A DNA stretch of 64,000 bases from an uncultured Alphaproteobacteria bacterium (GCA_963781025.1 CAWADU010000001.1:5558-69557); one strand, 5' to 3'; shown: positions 1-9,465, counted from the stretch's first letter. Made by a program: numbers and translations. The notes: generated by a model from the letters alone, not told the origin.

Positions 1-2415
1 ATTGGTTCCCCCGACCTGGCGTGTGATCGCCGCGCAGAACTGGTTGTCGATCGTCGCCTGATCGACGCACAGGTCGGCGAGCCGCTGCGCAGTGACCGTC
101 GTGATCGCGTTTTTCAGCTTGATGTCATACCAGTCGATTGATGCGGTGAACCCTTCCAGGAAGGTTGGCCGCAGGACGACGCCGGCGGTAATCGTCTTTG
201 CCGTCTCCTCGCTCAGATTTGGATTTCCGGCGATCGTGCCGGAGATCGACGCTGAATTGGGGTCGGTGAATGTGGCCGGATCGGCACCGGCCGCAGTCAG
301 CAAAGCCGCGCAGTTCGTCGCGCGCGTGGATGCGCCATTATTGACGTTGGAAACGTCACAGGGATCGTTGATGAACAGGAAGGTCTGGTTTTGCGGATCA
401 AAAAGTTCAGAGATGTTGGGCGCGCGAACGGCCTCGGCATAGGTTGCGCGGAAACTTATATCCCTGACCGGCGCATAGACGCCATCGACCTTCCATGTGG
501 TCGTCTTCCCGATGGTGCTGTAGTCGGAGAAACGGATTGCCGCGCCAACGCTCAGCTCGTTCACGAACGGCATGTCCTTGAGCAGCGGCACATTCACTTC
601 GGCGAAGGCTTCCTTCACGTCGTAATGGCCGCGGGACGGCAATAACACGTTGTTGAAGGTAAAGCCGGCGGTGTCAGCCGGATCGGGCACCGAACTGCTG
701 CTTTCGCGGCGGTATTCCGCGCCGATCGCAAAGCCGACGTCGCCGCCCGGCAACGAGAACAGCCCGCCGAGATCGCCGGTGATCGAGCCGGAGACCACAT
801 GCTGGGTCAGCTTGTCGCGCGCGACGCTGGTAAGAGTTGTCCAGTCGATAGCCTGTTGGCTGGGCGATCCCTCGCCGAACAGGTTGAGCGGGACGCAACC
901 GCTGTTCGGGCCCGGCGTGAAGGAGCCGAAATTGGTGATGCCCGGACTGGCGAACGGCTGATCGGGAAGCGCCAGTGGATCGAGGTTCGACCGGCATACG
1001 ATGTTGCCATTGGGCGTGCCTGTCAGGAACGCGCCCTCGTCCACCGCATCGACCGCCGAATAGAAACGGTCGTTGTAACGGTTGCCGATCTGCCGGTTCT
1101 TCACCTTGGTCTGACCGTAGACATAGCTGATCTCGAAATGAGCATGGTCGGTGATGTCGCCGTCGAAGCCCGCAACCGTGCGGATTGTCTCCCGGTTCAC
1201 ATCTTCGCCGCGCGTGCCCAGATCGAAATTGTCACGGCTCAGCAGCACCCCGCCGTTGGCGAGGGCCGTCGAGCGCAAATTGTCGGGGAGAAACGGATTG
1301 TCCGGATTGATAAGGATGTAGAAATCGAAGGTAGGCTGGCTGACCGTGAAGGTCTTGGTCTTTACATATTGCCCCTGCGCGAAGAAATTCAGGTGATCTG
1401 TCAACTCATACCGGAACAGCGCGTTGACATTATGCCGTTCCACATTGGGAAGGAGGTCGCCGATATAGTCGGCCTGCGGGGTGCCGCTACCGCCTTGCTG
1501 ATAAAACGGCGGGATGAACAGACCCGGATCCCAGGGCGATCCGTCGGAATTAAAATCAGGAATGCCGTCGAAATCGACATCAATTCCTCCTCCTCGCGAT
1601 GAGTTAAAGAAACGGGCGTCCCTGATGGGAATATTGTCCGGTATATTGGGATCATCGGTGGGATCATCCGGATTTTCGTGAAAGACGAACCGGTTTGCCG
1701 AAAGATTACGGCGACGATCCAGCGCCTGTAACCGGTCGTCCTTGTTGTATTCATAATTGAGGGTGATGTTGCCGCGATTTTCGTTGAAGTTATGTCCACC
1801 TGTTATTGCGAAGAACCGATTGCCTGCATCCCCGCGCTCGGAGGTCCCTATCTGACCGCGCGCGATGAGTCCCTCAAAGCTCTTCTTCATGATGAAATTG
1901 ACCACGCCGGTCACACCATCCGCGCCGTAGATCGCGGATGCGCCGCCCGTGACGACCTCGACCCGTTCGATCAGGTCGACGGGTATGGTGTTGGTGTCGA
2001 CAGCGCCAGTGCCCGGCAGCGCGGCGACATGGCGGCGCCCGTCGATCAGGACGAGCGTACGTTCTTCGCCCAGGTTGCGCAGGTTAAGCAGATTCAGACC
2101 GCTTGTGCCTATCGCGGCATTGGAGCCGGCGTTGTCGAAACTTGTCTGCGATCCCACCAACGCCGGAGATTGCGTAAGGAAATCCGTCAAATTGGTGCGA
2201 CCGGACTGCTGGATGTCGGCGCTCGTAATCGAAACGACGGGATTCGGAAAATCGAACTCCGGTCGAGCGATGCGAGAGCCCGTCACGATGATGACGTCGG
2301 CGGCTGAACTTTCGGTCGGCCCCGCCTGTTGAGCAATGGCGGGGAGGATCAAGCCGCTGGACATGATACTCGAAATGCTGGCGAGCAGAGCTATTCGGCG
2401 ACAGCTTATGGTCAT
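1..2415 (-). CDS. TonB-dependent receptor (N-terminal 805 aa; C-terminus lies beyond the left edge)
   Basis: Own translation of the minus frame from the ATG at complement 2413-2415. Signal peptide MTISCRRIALLASISSIMSSGLILPAIAQQ. Plug-domain motifs DVIIVTGSR, NLRNLGEERTLVLIDGRR and ERVEVVTGGASAIYGADGVTGVVNFIMK, followed by barrel-like sequence. The frame stays open to base 1, so it is absent from the supplied ORF track. Confidence 0.9.
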   Translation of the reverse strand, partial: MTISCRRIALLASISSIMSSGLILPAIAQQAGPTESSAADVIIVTGSRIARPEFDFPNPVVSITSADIQQSGRTNLTDFLTQSPALVGSQTSFDNAGSNAAIGTSGLNLLNLRNLGEERTLVLIDGRRHVAALPGTGAVDTNTIPVDLIERVEVVTGGASAIYGADGVTGVVNFIMKKSFEGLIARGQIGTSERGDAGNRFFAITGGHNFNENRGNITLNYEYNKDDRLQALDRRRNLSANRFVFHENPDDPTDDPNIPDNIPIRDARFFNSSRGGGIDVDFDGIPDFNSDGSPWDPGLFIPPFYQQGGSGTPQADYIGDLLPNVERHNVNALFRYELTDHLNFFAQGQYVKTKTFTVSQPTFDFYILINPDNPFLPDNLRSTALANGGVLLSRDNFDLGTRGEDVNRETIRTVAGFDGDITDHAHFEISYVYGQTKVKNRQIGNRYNDRFYSAVDAVDEGAFLTGTPNGNIVCRSNLDPLALPDQPFASPGITNFGSFTPGPNSGCVPLNLFGEGSPSQQAIDWTTLTSVARDKLTQHVVSGSITGDLGGLFSLPGGDVGFAIGAEYRRESSSSVPDPADTAGFTFNNVLLPSRGHYDVKEAFAEVNVPLLKDMPFVNELSVGAAIRFSDYSTIGKTTTWKVDGVYAPVRDISFRATYAEAVRAPNISELFDPQNQTFLFINDPCDVSNVNNGASTRATNCAALLTAAGADPATFTDPNSASISGTIAGNPNLSEETAKTITAGVVLRPTFLEGFTASIDWYDIKLKNAITTVTAQRLADLCVDQATIDNQFCAAITRQVGGTN

Positions 2416-2593
2416 CACGAGAATCCTTCGACGTATTCTCCCGAAGAAGGCAGAGCACTCCCATTTGATGATGCGGTCAAGTTGTCCCGTGTTTCCAAAG
2501 GCATGTTTGTGAACAGGAGATGTACGGATGCAACAGTTTTACTCGGAGAAATTAACAATTAGCGACCGGGTTCTGGCGGCTCTCGGCGAGGTT

Positions 2594-2616
2594 GCAATTC
2601 GATCACAATAATCATC
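2594..2616. promoter_or_regulatory. AT-rich Fur-box-like element upstream of the TonB-dependent receptor
   Basis: gcaattcgatcacaataatcatc contains AATAATCAT, resembling the GATAATGATAATCATTATC Fur consensus. It lies about 180 nt upstream of the receptor start. By-eye match only. Confidence 0.25.
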
Positions 2617-2660
2617 GGAAAACACGGCCAGGTGTGGCCTTTGGGTTTCCGTGTGTTGGA

Positions 2661-2689
2661 GGCAGCGCCGGTGGCCCACCGGCGCTGCC
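2661..2689 (-). terminator. 13-bp perfect hairpin directly downstream of the GST gene (no clear U-tract)
   Basis: GGCAGCGCCGGTG-gcc-CACCGGCGCTGCC, 12 nt after the GST stop on the minus strand. Confidence 0.45.
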
Positions 2690-2700
2690 GTGTAAGGCGA

Positions 2701-3351
2701 TCAATCGCGGTCGGGTGCACCGAGCGGGAAAAGCCGGCGATAGGGCCGGGCCTCATCCACCGCGCGGGCGAAGGAGGGGCGAGCGAGCAGCCGCCGACGA
2801 TAGGCATGAACATTCGCACATTCCACAGGGATCGGATGTGTCCAGTCCGCATAGAATAACGCTGGAGCCGCCGCGCAATCGGCAAGGCTGAAATCACCGG
2901 CAACCCACTCGCGCCCTGCCATATGGCCATCGAGCCAGCGATAGGCGATGTCGAGCATTGCTTTCGCGTCGCGCACGCCGCGCGCATCGCGCTCGTCTTC
3001 GGGGCGGAGCGCATCGAAGACCACGCGCCCCTGTTGCGCGCTGACGTAATTGTCGAAGAAGCGATCCATCAGCCGCACCTCAAGCGCCACCTTCGGGTCG
3101 TCGGGCAGCAGCCGCACGGGGCCAGGATGGTGAAGCGCGAGATGCTCGACGATGATGCTTGCCTCGGGGATGGTGCGCCCATCATCGACCAGTACCGGAA
3201 AGCGCCTGATAGGCCAAAGCGCGGCAAGCTCGGTCATGCTTTCGCCATCGGCCAGCATGCGCAATTCGAACGGCGTCTCGTTCTCGTAGAGCGCGATCAG
3301 CGCCTTTTGGCAGTATGAGGAAAAGGGGTGGGCGTAGAGCTTCAGGGTCAT
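2701..3351 (-). CDS. glutathione S-transferase family protein
   Basis: 216-aa ORF. N-terminal thioredoxin-like fold signature MTLKLYAHPFSSYCQKALIALYE...FPVLVDDGRTIPEASIIVEHL, followed by a GST C-terminal domain. Confidence 0.9.
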   Translation of the reverse strand: MTLKLYAHPFSSYCQKALIALYENETPFELRMLADGESMTELAALWPIRRFPVLVDDGRTIPEASIIVEHLALHHPGPVRLLPDDPKVALEVRLMDRFFDNYVSAQQGRVVFDALRPEDERDARGVRDAKAMLDIAYRWLDGHMAGREWVAGDFSLADCAAAPALFYADWTHPIPVECANVHAYRRRLLARPSFARAVDEARPYRRLFPLGAPDRD

Positions 3352-3429
3352 GGCTCGATCCTTGTCGGACTCCGTATTGCGCCGAGGCGCCGCAAGCGTG
3401 TCAAGGGATAAGCCGTCTCTTGTGGTGAT

Positions 3430-3455
3430 GGAACCAGCATTCCGGCTGGTCGGTT
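3430..3455 (+). promoter_or_regulatory. EcfG/general-stress sigma-type promoter-like motif (GGAAC-N16-CGGTT) upstream of ku
   Basis: GGAAC at 3430-3434 and CGGTT at 3451-3455, about 30 nt upstream of the ku ATG. An SD-like GGAAGGAAG lies in between. Confidence 0.4.
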
Positions 3456-3483
3456 ATGAATCGCCGAGCGGAAGGAAGATGCA

Positions 3484-4377
3484 ATGGCGAGCAGGCCCTA
3501 TTGGCAGGGGCAGATCCGGCTGGCGCTGGTATCCATCCCGGTTGAGGTTTTCACCGCCACAAAAAGCGGCGCGAAGATCAACTTCCGCCAGATTCACGAG
3601 CCGTCGGGTAAACCCATCCGCTATGAAAAGGTGGTTCCGGGCATCGGCCCGGTCGATCCCGATGAGATATTGAAAGGCTATGAGGTCGGCAGGGGCGAAT
3701 ATGTCCTGCTGGGCCAGGACGAGATCGACGCGGTAAAGCTGGAAAGCCGCAAGACGCTGGAGCTTGTCCAGTTCGTCGATGCGCAGGAGATCGACGCGCT
3801 TTATTTCGAAAAGCCCTATTATGTCGCGCCTGCCGATGATCTGGCCGAGGAGGCGTTTATCGTGCTGCGCGACGCGCTGCGCCGCACCAGGAAGGTCGGG
3901 CTGGGGCAGATCGCCATGCGCGGCCGCGAATATGTGGTGAGCCTGAAACCCTGCGGGCGCGGACTGCTGCTTGAGACGCTGCGTTATGCGGACGAGATCA
4001 GCCGGGCCTCGTCCTATTTCCGCAATATCCCCGACGACAAGCCGGACCCCGACCTGCTGGAACTGGCCGAAACGCTGATCGAGAAAAAGACCGCGCCCTT
4101 CAAGCCCGATGCCTTCAAGGACAGCTATGGCGATGCTCTTCAAGCGTTAGTGGCAAAGAAGCAAAAGGCGAAGGGGAAGAAGATCATCGAGGACAAGGAG
4201 GAGGCCCGTCCTTCCGGCGGCAATGTCATCGATCTGATGGCGGCGCTCAAGAAATCGGTCGAAGGGGGGCGTGGCCGCGCGTCCAGGCCGGCGAGCACGG
4301 CGAAGCCTTCGGGCACGGCGAAGTCCGCCTCCAGGAAGAGCAGCGCGCGCAAGCCCGCAGCGCGCAAGCGGGCCTAG
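3484..4377 (+). CDS. ku: Ku protein (non-homologous end joining)
   Basis: 297 aa. MASRPYWQGQIRLALVSIPVEVF...GYEVGRGEYVLL is a typical bacterial Ku core, followed by a Lys/Arg/Ala-rich basic C-terminal tail. Confidence 0.95.
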   Translation: MASRPYWQGQIRLALVSIPVEVFTATKSGAKINFRQIHEPSGKPIRYEKVVPGIGPVDPDEILKGYEVGRGEYVLLGQDEIDAVKLESRKTLELVQFVDAQEIDALYFEKPYYVAPADDLAEEAFIVLRDALRRTRKVGLGQIAMRGREYVVSLKPCGRGLLLETLRYADEISRASSYFRNIPDDKPDPDLLELAETLIEKKTAPFKPDAFKDSYGDALQALVAKKQKAKGKKIIEDKEEARPSGGNVIDLMAALKKSVEGGRGRASRPASTAKPSGTAKSASRKSSARKPAARKRA

Positions 4378-4382
4378 GCAAG

Positions 4383-6809
4383 ATGCGGTCCAACTCGCTC
4401 GCCGAATACAACCGCAAGCGTGATTTCGCCAAGACCAGGGAGCCGAAAGGCACGGCGGTTCCTCGTGGCGGCCGCACCTTCATGGTGCAGAAGCACGACG
4501 CCACGCGGCTTCATTTCGACCTCCGGCTGGAGCTGGACGGCGTCCTGAAGAGCTGGGCGGTGACGCGCGGCCCCAGCCTCGATCCCGACGACAAGCGGCT
4601 GGCGGTAAGGACGGAAGATCACCCGCTCTCCTACGCGACATTCGAGGGCACCATTCCTCAAGGCGAATACGGCGGCGGCACCGTGATGCTCTGGGACCGG
4701 GGCACATGGGAACCCATAGCGGGCAAAAGCGCGAGCGACCTGAAAAAAGGGCATCTCCATTTTGTGCTGCACGGCGAACGGATGAAGGGCGAATGGCTGC
4801 TGGTTCGCATGGCGAAGAGACCGGGCGAGAAGCGCGAGAACTGGTTGCTTCGCAAGGTGGAGGATGCCGAGGCGGGCGGATCGGACGAACTGGTCGCGCG
4901 CGAACTGACAAGTATCAGCACCGGCCGGACCATGCAGGAAATCGCCACCGGCAAAGCAGTCAGAAAAGCGAAGGCCCGGGCGGGTCCGGCGACAGCGAAG
5001 GCGCGGGTGTTGCCCCGGTTTCGCAGGCCGCAACTGGCAACGCTGGTCGATCATGTGCCGTCGGGCAATGACTGGCTGCATGAGATCAAGTTCGACGGAT
5101 ACCGCTGCCTGCTTTCCGTCGCGGGCGACAAGGCGCGCATTTTTACGCGATCGGGCCTCGATTGGTCCGACAGGTTTGCCAGCCTGATCGAAGCGGCTGA
5201 AGGGCTCGGCCTTCCGTCCGCGCTGATCGACGGGGAAATCGTCGTCCTGGACCCGGACGGCAACCCGAGTTTCTCCCTCCTTCAACAGAGCCTTAGCGAG
5301 GGCGGCGGCGACTATATCCTGTTCGCCTTCGACCTGCTTGAGCAGGACGGCGTCGACCTGGCCGGCTTGGGCAATCTGGAGCGCAAGAACCGTCTCGCAG
5401 CACTTGTGCCCGAAGATGGACCGATCCGTCTTGCGCAGCATGTGCTGGGGGCGGGCGAAAGGCTGTTCGACGCGATGTGCCGCGCGAGGCAGGAAGGCAT
5501 TGTCTCCAAGCGGGCGGATGCAGCCTATGTGGGGCGCAGGTCGCGCAACTGGCTGAAGGTCAAGTGCACCCGCCGTCAGGAATTCGTCATTGTCGGCTGG
5601 ACGCGGAGCGATGTCAGGGGAAGACCGTTCAAATCACTGCTGGTGGCCCAGCACCGGGACGGCAAGCTTGGTTATGCGGGAAAGGTGGGCACCGGGTTCG
5701 ACGCCGCCACGCACGAGATGCTGGGCGACAAGCTCGCGGGGCTTCGGCAAGCAAAACCAGCGCTGGAGGTGCCCCGTGCCGAGGCGCGCGGCGCTCAATG
5801 GGTGAAGCCGCGGCTCGTGGCCGAAATCGCCTTTGCCGAATTCACCGCGGACGGCATCATCCGCCATGCCAGCTTTCTGGCCCTGCGCGAGGACAAGGAT
5901 GCACGCGAAGTGACCATCGAGAAACCGCAGCCGGTCGATGCGGAACCGTCGCCGGTGAAGATAAGCAATCCCGACCGGGTGATCTTTCCCGAGGCGAAGG
6001 TCACAAAGGGTCAGCTTGCCGCCTATTATGAAAGGGTGGGCCCTCTCATGCTGGCCTTTGCCGCGCGCAGGCCGATCAGCCTGGTGCGGTGTCCGCAGGG
6101 CCGGGCCAAGGACTGCTTCTTTCAAAAGCACGATAGTGGCGCGCTCGGCGACGAAGTGCGCCAAGTGCCTATCAGGGAGAAGGACGGCAAGACCGATAAC
6201 TACCTGTATGTGGAAGACCTTCCGGGCGTCCTTGCCTGCATCCAGATGGGAACGATCGAGTTTCATGGCTGGGGCTCACGTGTTGATGCCGTCGAAAAGC
6301 CCGACCGCATGATCTTCGATCTCGATCCCGACGAAGGAATGGATTTCGCGCAGGTCCGACGCGCCGCCGGCGATATTCGCCAGCAGCTTTCCAGCATCGG
6401 CCTGGTCAGCTTTCCCATGCTGAGCGGCGGCAAGGGCATCCACGTGGTCGTGCCGCTGACGCCCGAGGCGGAATGGCCGGCGGTCAAGAGTTTCGCCGAG
6501 CGCTTCTCCCGCGCGCTGGCGGAAGCGGAGCCGGAACGCTTCACGGCAACCATGTCCAAGGCGAAGCGCCGGGGCCGCATCTTCATCGACTGGCTGCGCA
6601 ACCAGCGGGGATCGACCGCCGTCCTCCCCTATAGCGCGCGTTCAAGGGCAGGCGCGCCCGTGGCAGTCCCGATAAGCTGGACCGAGCTGAAGGACGTGGA
6701 AGGCGCGAACATCTATGACGTGAAGGACGCCGACAAGCTGGTGAAACGGGCGGAAAGTCGTTCGCTTGCGGGCTGGGGCGTGGCAGCGCAGACGCTGCCG
6801 GACATCTAG
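4383..6809 (+). CDS. ligD: ATP-dependent DNA ligase D (phosphoesterase-ligase-polymerase domain order)
   Basis: 808 aa. N-terminal PE domain (FMVQKHDATRLHFDLRLE), ligase adenylation motif EIKFDGYR, and a C-terminal primase-polymerase domain (IFDLDPDEG...GGKGIHVVVPL). Starts 5 nt after the ku stop. Confidence 0.95.
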   Translation: MRSNSLAEYNRKRDFAKTREPKGTAVPRGGRTFMVQKHDATRLHFDLRLELDGVLKSWAVTRGPSLDPDDKRLAVRTEDHPLSYATFEGTIPQGEYGGGTVMLWDRGTWEPIAGKSASDLKKGHLHFVLHGERMKGEWLLVRMAKRPGEKRENWLLRKVEDAEAGGSDELVARELTSISTGRTMQEIATGKAVRKAKARAGPATAKARVLPRFRRPQLATLVDHVPSGNDWLHEIKFDGYRCLLSVAGDKARIFTRSGLDWSDRFASLIEAAEGLGLPSALIDGEIVVLDPDGNPSFSLLQQSLSEGGGDYILFAFDLLEQDGVDLAGLGNLERKNRLAALVPEDGPIRLAQHVLGAGERLFDAMCRARQEGIVSKRADAAYVGRRSRNWLKVKCTRRQEFVIVGWTRSDVRGRPFKSLLVAQHRDGKLGYAGKVGTGFDAATHEMLGDKLAGLRQAKPALEVPRAEARGAQWVKPRLVAEIAFAEFTADGIIRHASFLALREDKDAREVTIEKPQPVDAEPSPVKISNPDRVIFPEAKVTKGQLAAYYERVGPLMLAFAARRPISLVRCPQGRAKDCFFQKHDSGALGDEVRQVPIREKDGKTDNYLYVEDLPGVLACIQMGTIEFHGWGSRVDAVEKPDRMIFDLDPDEGMDFAQVRRAAGDIRQQLSSIGLVSFPMLSGGKGIHVVVPLTPEAEWPAVKSFAERFSRALAEAEPERFTATMSKAKRRGRIFIDWLRNQRGSTAVLPYSARSRAGAPVAVPISWTELKDVEGANIYDVKDADKLVKRAESRSLAGWGVAAQTLPDI

Positions 6810-6867
6810 GCGCTATTCGCCGCCCCGTTTGCCCGCGTGCCCAGCCCTGGACAATCCGCCGCCGACA

Positions 6868-7075
6868 TCAGCCATTGACGATGGTGCCGCCGTTGGGATG
6901 AAGGATCTGGCCCGACATGTGGCTGGTATCCTCGCACGCCAGGAACAGGAAAGCGGGTGCCACCTCGTTCGGCTGGCCCGAGCCGGGGTAGCGCGGCTGC
7001 CATTCGGGCTCTCCGTTCTGCGCAATGGATTGTGGCTGCAACGCGACAGCGCCGGTGTCGTTCCGAGCACGCCCG
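6868..7075 (-). pseudogene. C-terminal stub of a short-chain dehydrogenase/reductase (about 65-70 aa only)
   Basis: The end of the 173-aa ORF reads GAVALQPQ...GSGQPNEVAPAFLFLACEDTSHMSGQILHPNGGTIVNG, a typical SDR C-terminus. There is no room for the Rossmann N-terminus because the rest of the ORF is antisense to the DUF3175 gene. Confidence 0.6.
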
Positions 7076-7135
7076 CTACGGGCTAAGCCGTGATGGGGGG
7101 GCTGGCCGCATCCCGTGCGTTTTTTGAAATCATCC

Positions 7136-7160
7136 GGAACCGGCGGCCGGCAGATCGGTT
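7136..7160 (+). promoter_or_regulatory. second GGAAC-N15-CGGTT general-stress-type promoter-like motif
   Basis: GGAAC at 7136-7140 and CGGTT at 7156-7160, about 85 nt upstream of the DUF3175 ATG. Confidence 0.35.
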
Positions 7161-7246
7161 TAGGGCGCATAGGCGGCTGCCGGGTATCGCGGCATTGCGG
7201 GCAGGCGCGCAGTAACCTGCCCCCGCGAAAGAATAGGTCTTCTCCG

Positions 7247-7528
7247 ATGCCACGAGTCCGGAAATGGTCGCAGAATGTCACCGAACATTCGAACGCGCTT
7301 GATCTGGACGAAGGCGTTTTCACGCTGGACGACCCTGCGGAGATAGCGAAATCGCTGAAGCGATCGGCTGAAAGCAGCCATCGCCGCAAGGGCTCGCCCT
7401 ACCAGTCGGCCATGTCGATGCTGACCTTCTATATCAACCGGGCGGGCGACGGCCTCCCCGAGAAAAGAAGGCGTGTGCTGCAGGAGGCGAAGGATGAACT
7501 GCGCAAGGCTTTCGGCAAGCCGGCATGA
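7247..7528 (+). CDS. DUF3175 domain-containing protein
   Basis: Internal ATG of ORF 7115..7528. MPRVRKWSQNVTEHSNALDLDEGVFTLDDPAEIAKSLKRSAESSHRRKGSPYQSAMSMLTFYINRAG matches my recollection of the DUF3175 family. Confidence 0.8.
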   Translation: MPRVRKWSQNVTEHSNALDLDEGVFTLDDPAEIAKSLKRSAESSHRRKGSPYQSAMSMLTFYINRAGDGLPEKRRRVLQEAKDELRKAFGKPA

Positions 7529-7605
7529 GATGTTAGCCTGAAGGACACACAGCCAGCCCGGAAGGGCGATAATTTTTCCGGCACATTTGACGAAGAGGTG
7601 GGGCC

Positions 7606-8373
7606 ATGTCCGATAAACACGGAAAATTCATCTGGTACGAACTGATGACGACCGACACCAAGACAGCGGAAGCTTTCTATCGCGAGGTAGTGGGCTGGGG
7701 CGCGCAAAAGGCCGGTATCGGCGATCCGGACTATGTCCTGTTCACGCTGGACGGCGCCGGAGTGTGTGGGCTGATGACGCTACCGAAGGAAGCATGCGAT
7801 GCGGGGGCCAAGCCCGGATGGATCGGCTATGTCGCCGTGGACGATGTTGATGCGAGCGTCGCACAGGTAGCGGCGAAGGGCGGCATGATCCATCACGCAT
7901 CCGACAATATCCCCGATGTCGGCCGCTTTGCCGTTGTCGCGGATCCACAAGGCGCGGTCCTTGCCCTGTTCAGGCCGACAGGGCCGGAACTGGGCGGCGA
8001 GGTAAAACCGGGCACGCCGGGACGGACCGGCTGGCATGAACTCTATGCCAAGGACGGGGCGTCGGCTCTGGCCTATTACCAGGAGCTGTTCGGCTGGAAA
8101 AAGGGCGATGCGGTCGACATGGGCCCGATGGGCACCTATCAGCTTTTCACCAACGGAGGCGAGGCGATCGGCGGCATGATGAACAAGCCGGACAGCATGC
8201 CCCGCCCGGTCTGGCTCTATTATTTCAATGTCGACGGGATCGATGCCGCCGTCGACCGGGTGAAGGGTAATGGAGGGCAGGTCATCAATGGGCCGCTACA
8301 GGTTCCCGGCGGAAACTGGATCGTCCAGTGCCTTGACCCGCAGGGCGCCATGTTTGCGCTGGTCAGCCAGTAA
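7606..8373 (+). CDS. VOC (glyoxalase/bleomycin-resistance) family protein, two-domain
   Basis: 255 aa with two repeats of the FIWYELMT / GWHELYA type VOC fold signature. Confidence 0.85.
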   Translation: MSDKHGKFIWYELMTTDTKTAEAFYREVVGWGAQKAGIGDPDYVLFTLDGAGVCGLMTLPKEACDAGAKPGWIGYVAVDDVDASVAQVAAKGGMIHHASDNIPDVGRFAVVADPQGAVLALFRPTGPELGGEVKPGTPGRTGWHELYAKDGASALAYYQELFGWKKGDAVDMGPMGTYQLFTNGGEAIGGMMNKPDSMPRPVWLYYFNVDGIDAAVDRVKGNGGQVINGPLQVPGGNWIVQCLDPQGAMFALVSQ

Positions 8374-8516
8374 TAATCGCCACGCCGCGAAGGCCGTCGT
8401 CGTCGTTTTTCCGACAACGACGGTAGGTGCGGTGGCATTTCCCGCTATAGACGGGCGCAACGCACCCGCGGCTGGTATGTACAAACTGGCCCCGTCTGAA
8501 CTCCGCCAGCCCCGGC

Positions 8517-8795
8517 CTAGGGCGGCCCGTCATCCTTGACCAGCGTCAGGTGTGGACTAGTCGTCTTCGATGGTTCGTCGCCCGCCTCCAATAGCCATGA
8601 CCTCATCGTGTCCGCGCTGGCTTCCGCGACTGCCGCTGCTGGAGTGCCGCCAAGGGAATGAGCCTCCCTGTTGAGGCGGGCGATGATGTTTTCCAAATCA
8701 TTGCGCATCAGGCCGCCGTGGCGCACCATGACATCGACGAGAGCATGTAACAATTGGAGAGCTATGGCTCCCCCTGCGACCTTATCCTTTTTCAT
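8517..8795 (-). CDS. hypothetical small protein (92 aa)
   Basis: C-terminal part of ORF 8517..9344, taken from an ATG preceded by GGGGG (MKKDKVAGGAIALQLLHALVDVMVRHGG...). The upstream part of that ORF is antisense to the UPF0262 gene. No family recognised. Confidence 0.45.
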   Translation of the reverse strand: MKKDKVAGGAIALQLLHALVDVMVRHGGLMRNDLENIIARLNREAHSLGGTPAAAVAEASADTMRSWLLEAGDEPSKTTSPHLTLVKDDGPP

Positions 8796-8972
8796 TGATA
8801 CCCCCAGGTCCCGGGTCCCCATGGTTAACATATTCAGATCGTCGAAAAAATAAAACACTTTGTCCTGTTTAACGCCACGGGCGGCCCGCAACGGCTGACC
8901 CTTGCTTTGCCTGTCGGAGGCGATTTTCGCTTCTTTTTTGCCAAGCGCCCCGGAGACGGATAGACGCGGCAC

Positions 8973-9455
8973 ATGGCTGATCCGCGCATCATTGATGTCC
9001 AACTGGATGATCGCACAATCATCTGGCGGAACGCGGACGTAGAGCAGGAACGCCGGATCGCGATCTTCGATTTGCTGGAAGGCAATTATTTTTGCCCATT
9101 GGCCGGGTTGGAGCGCGATTGCGACGGGCCGTTCAGGCTGCTGTTGCGGGTCGAGGATGGGCGGCTCGTCATGGACATCGGCGATGCCGACGGGCAGGCA
9201 TTGGGTGCGATCGGCGTGACCCTCGCACCCTTCCGGCGGACAATCCGCGAATATTTCGCTATCTGCGACAGCTATTACAAGGCGATCCGGAACGCGACGC
9301 CGATGCAGATCGAAACGATCGACATGGCGCGGCGCGGCATTCACAACGATGCGGCGGAACAGCTAAAGGAGCGGCTGGCGGCGAAGGTCGAAGTTGACTT
9401 CGATACCGCACGCAGGCTGTTCACGCTGATCTGCGTGCTGCACATCAGAGGATAG
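8973..9455 (+). CDS. UPF0262 family protein
   Basis: 160 aa. [34 protein letters not shown]...[18 protein letters not shown] is typical of the alphaproteobacterial UPF0262 family. Confidence 0.85.
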   Translation: MADPRIIDVQLDDRTIIWRNADVEQERRIAIFDLLEGNYFCPLAGLERDCDGPFRLLLRVEDGRLVMDIGDADGQALGAIGVTLAPFRRTIREYFAICDSYYKAIRNATPMQIETIDMARRGIHNDAAEQLKERLAAKVEVDFDTARRLFTLICVLHIRG

Positions 9456-9465
9456 GGTTACGTCG

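Noticed and set aside
2416-2700. Riboswitch (cobalamin or TPP) in the 285-nt leader of the TonB-dependent receptor.
   Set aside because: Reading the minus strand, I could not find a B12 box, the CUGAGA/ACCUGAUCUGGAUAAUGCCAGCG TPP core, or another riboswitch core I know. Only generic hairpins and an AT-rich Fur-like element are present.
6868-7389. The 173-aa minus-strand ORF as a full gene.
   Set aside because: Only its last 65-70 residues look like protein (an SDR C-terminus). The N-terminal 100 aa or so are antisense to the well-supported DUF3175 gene.
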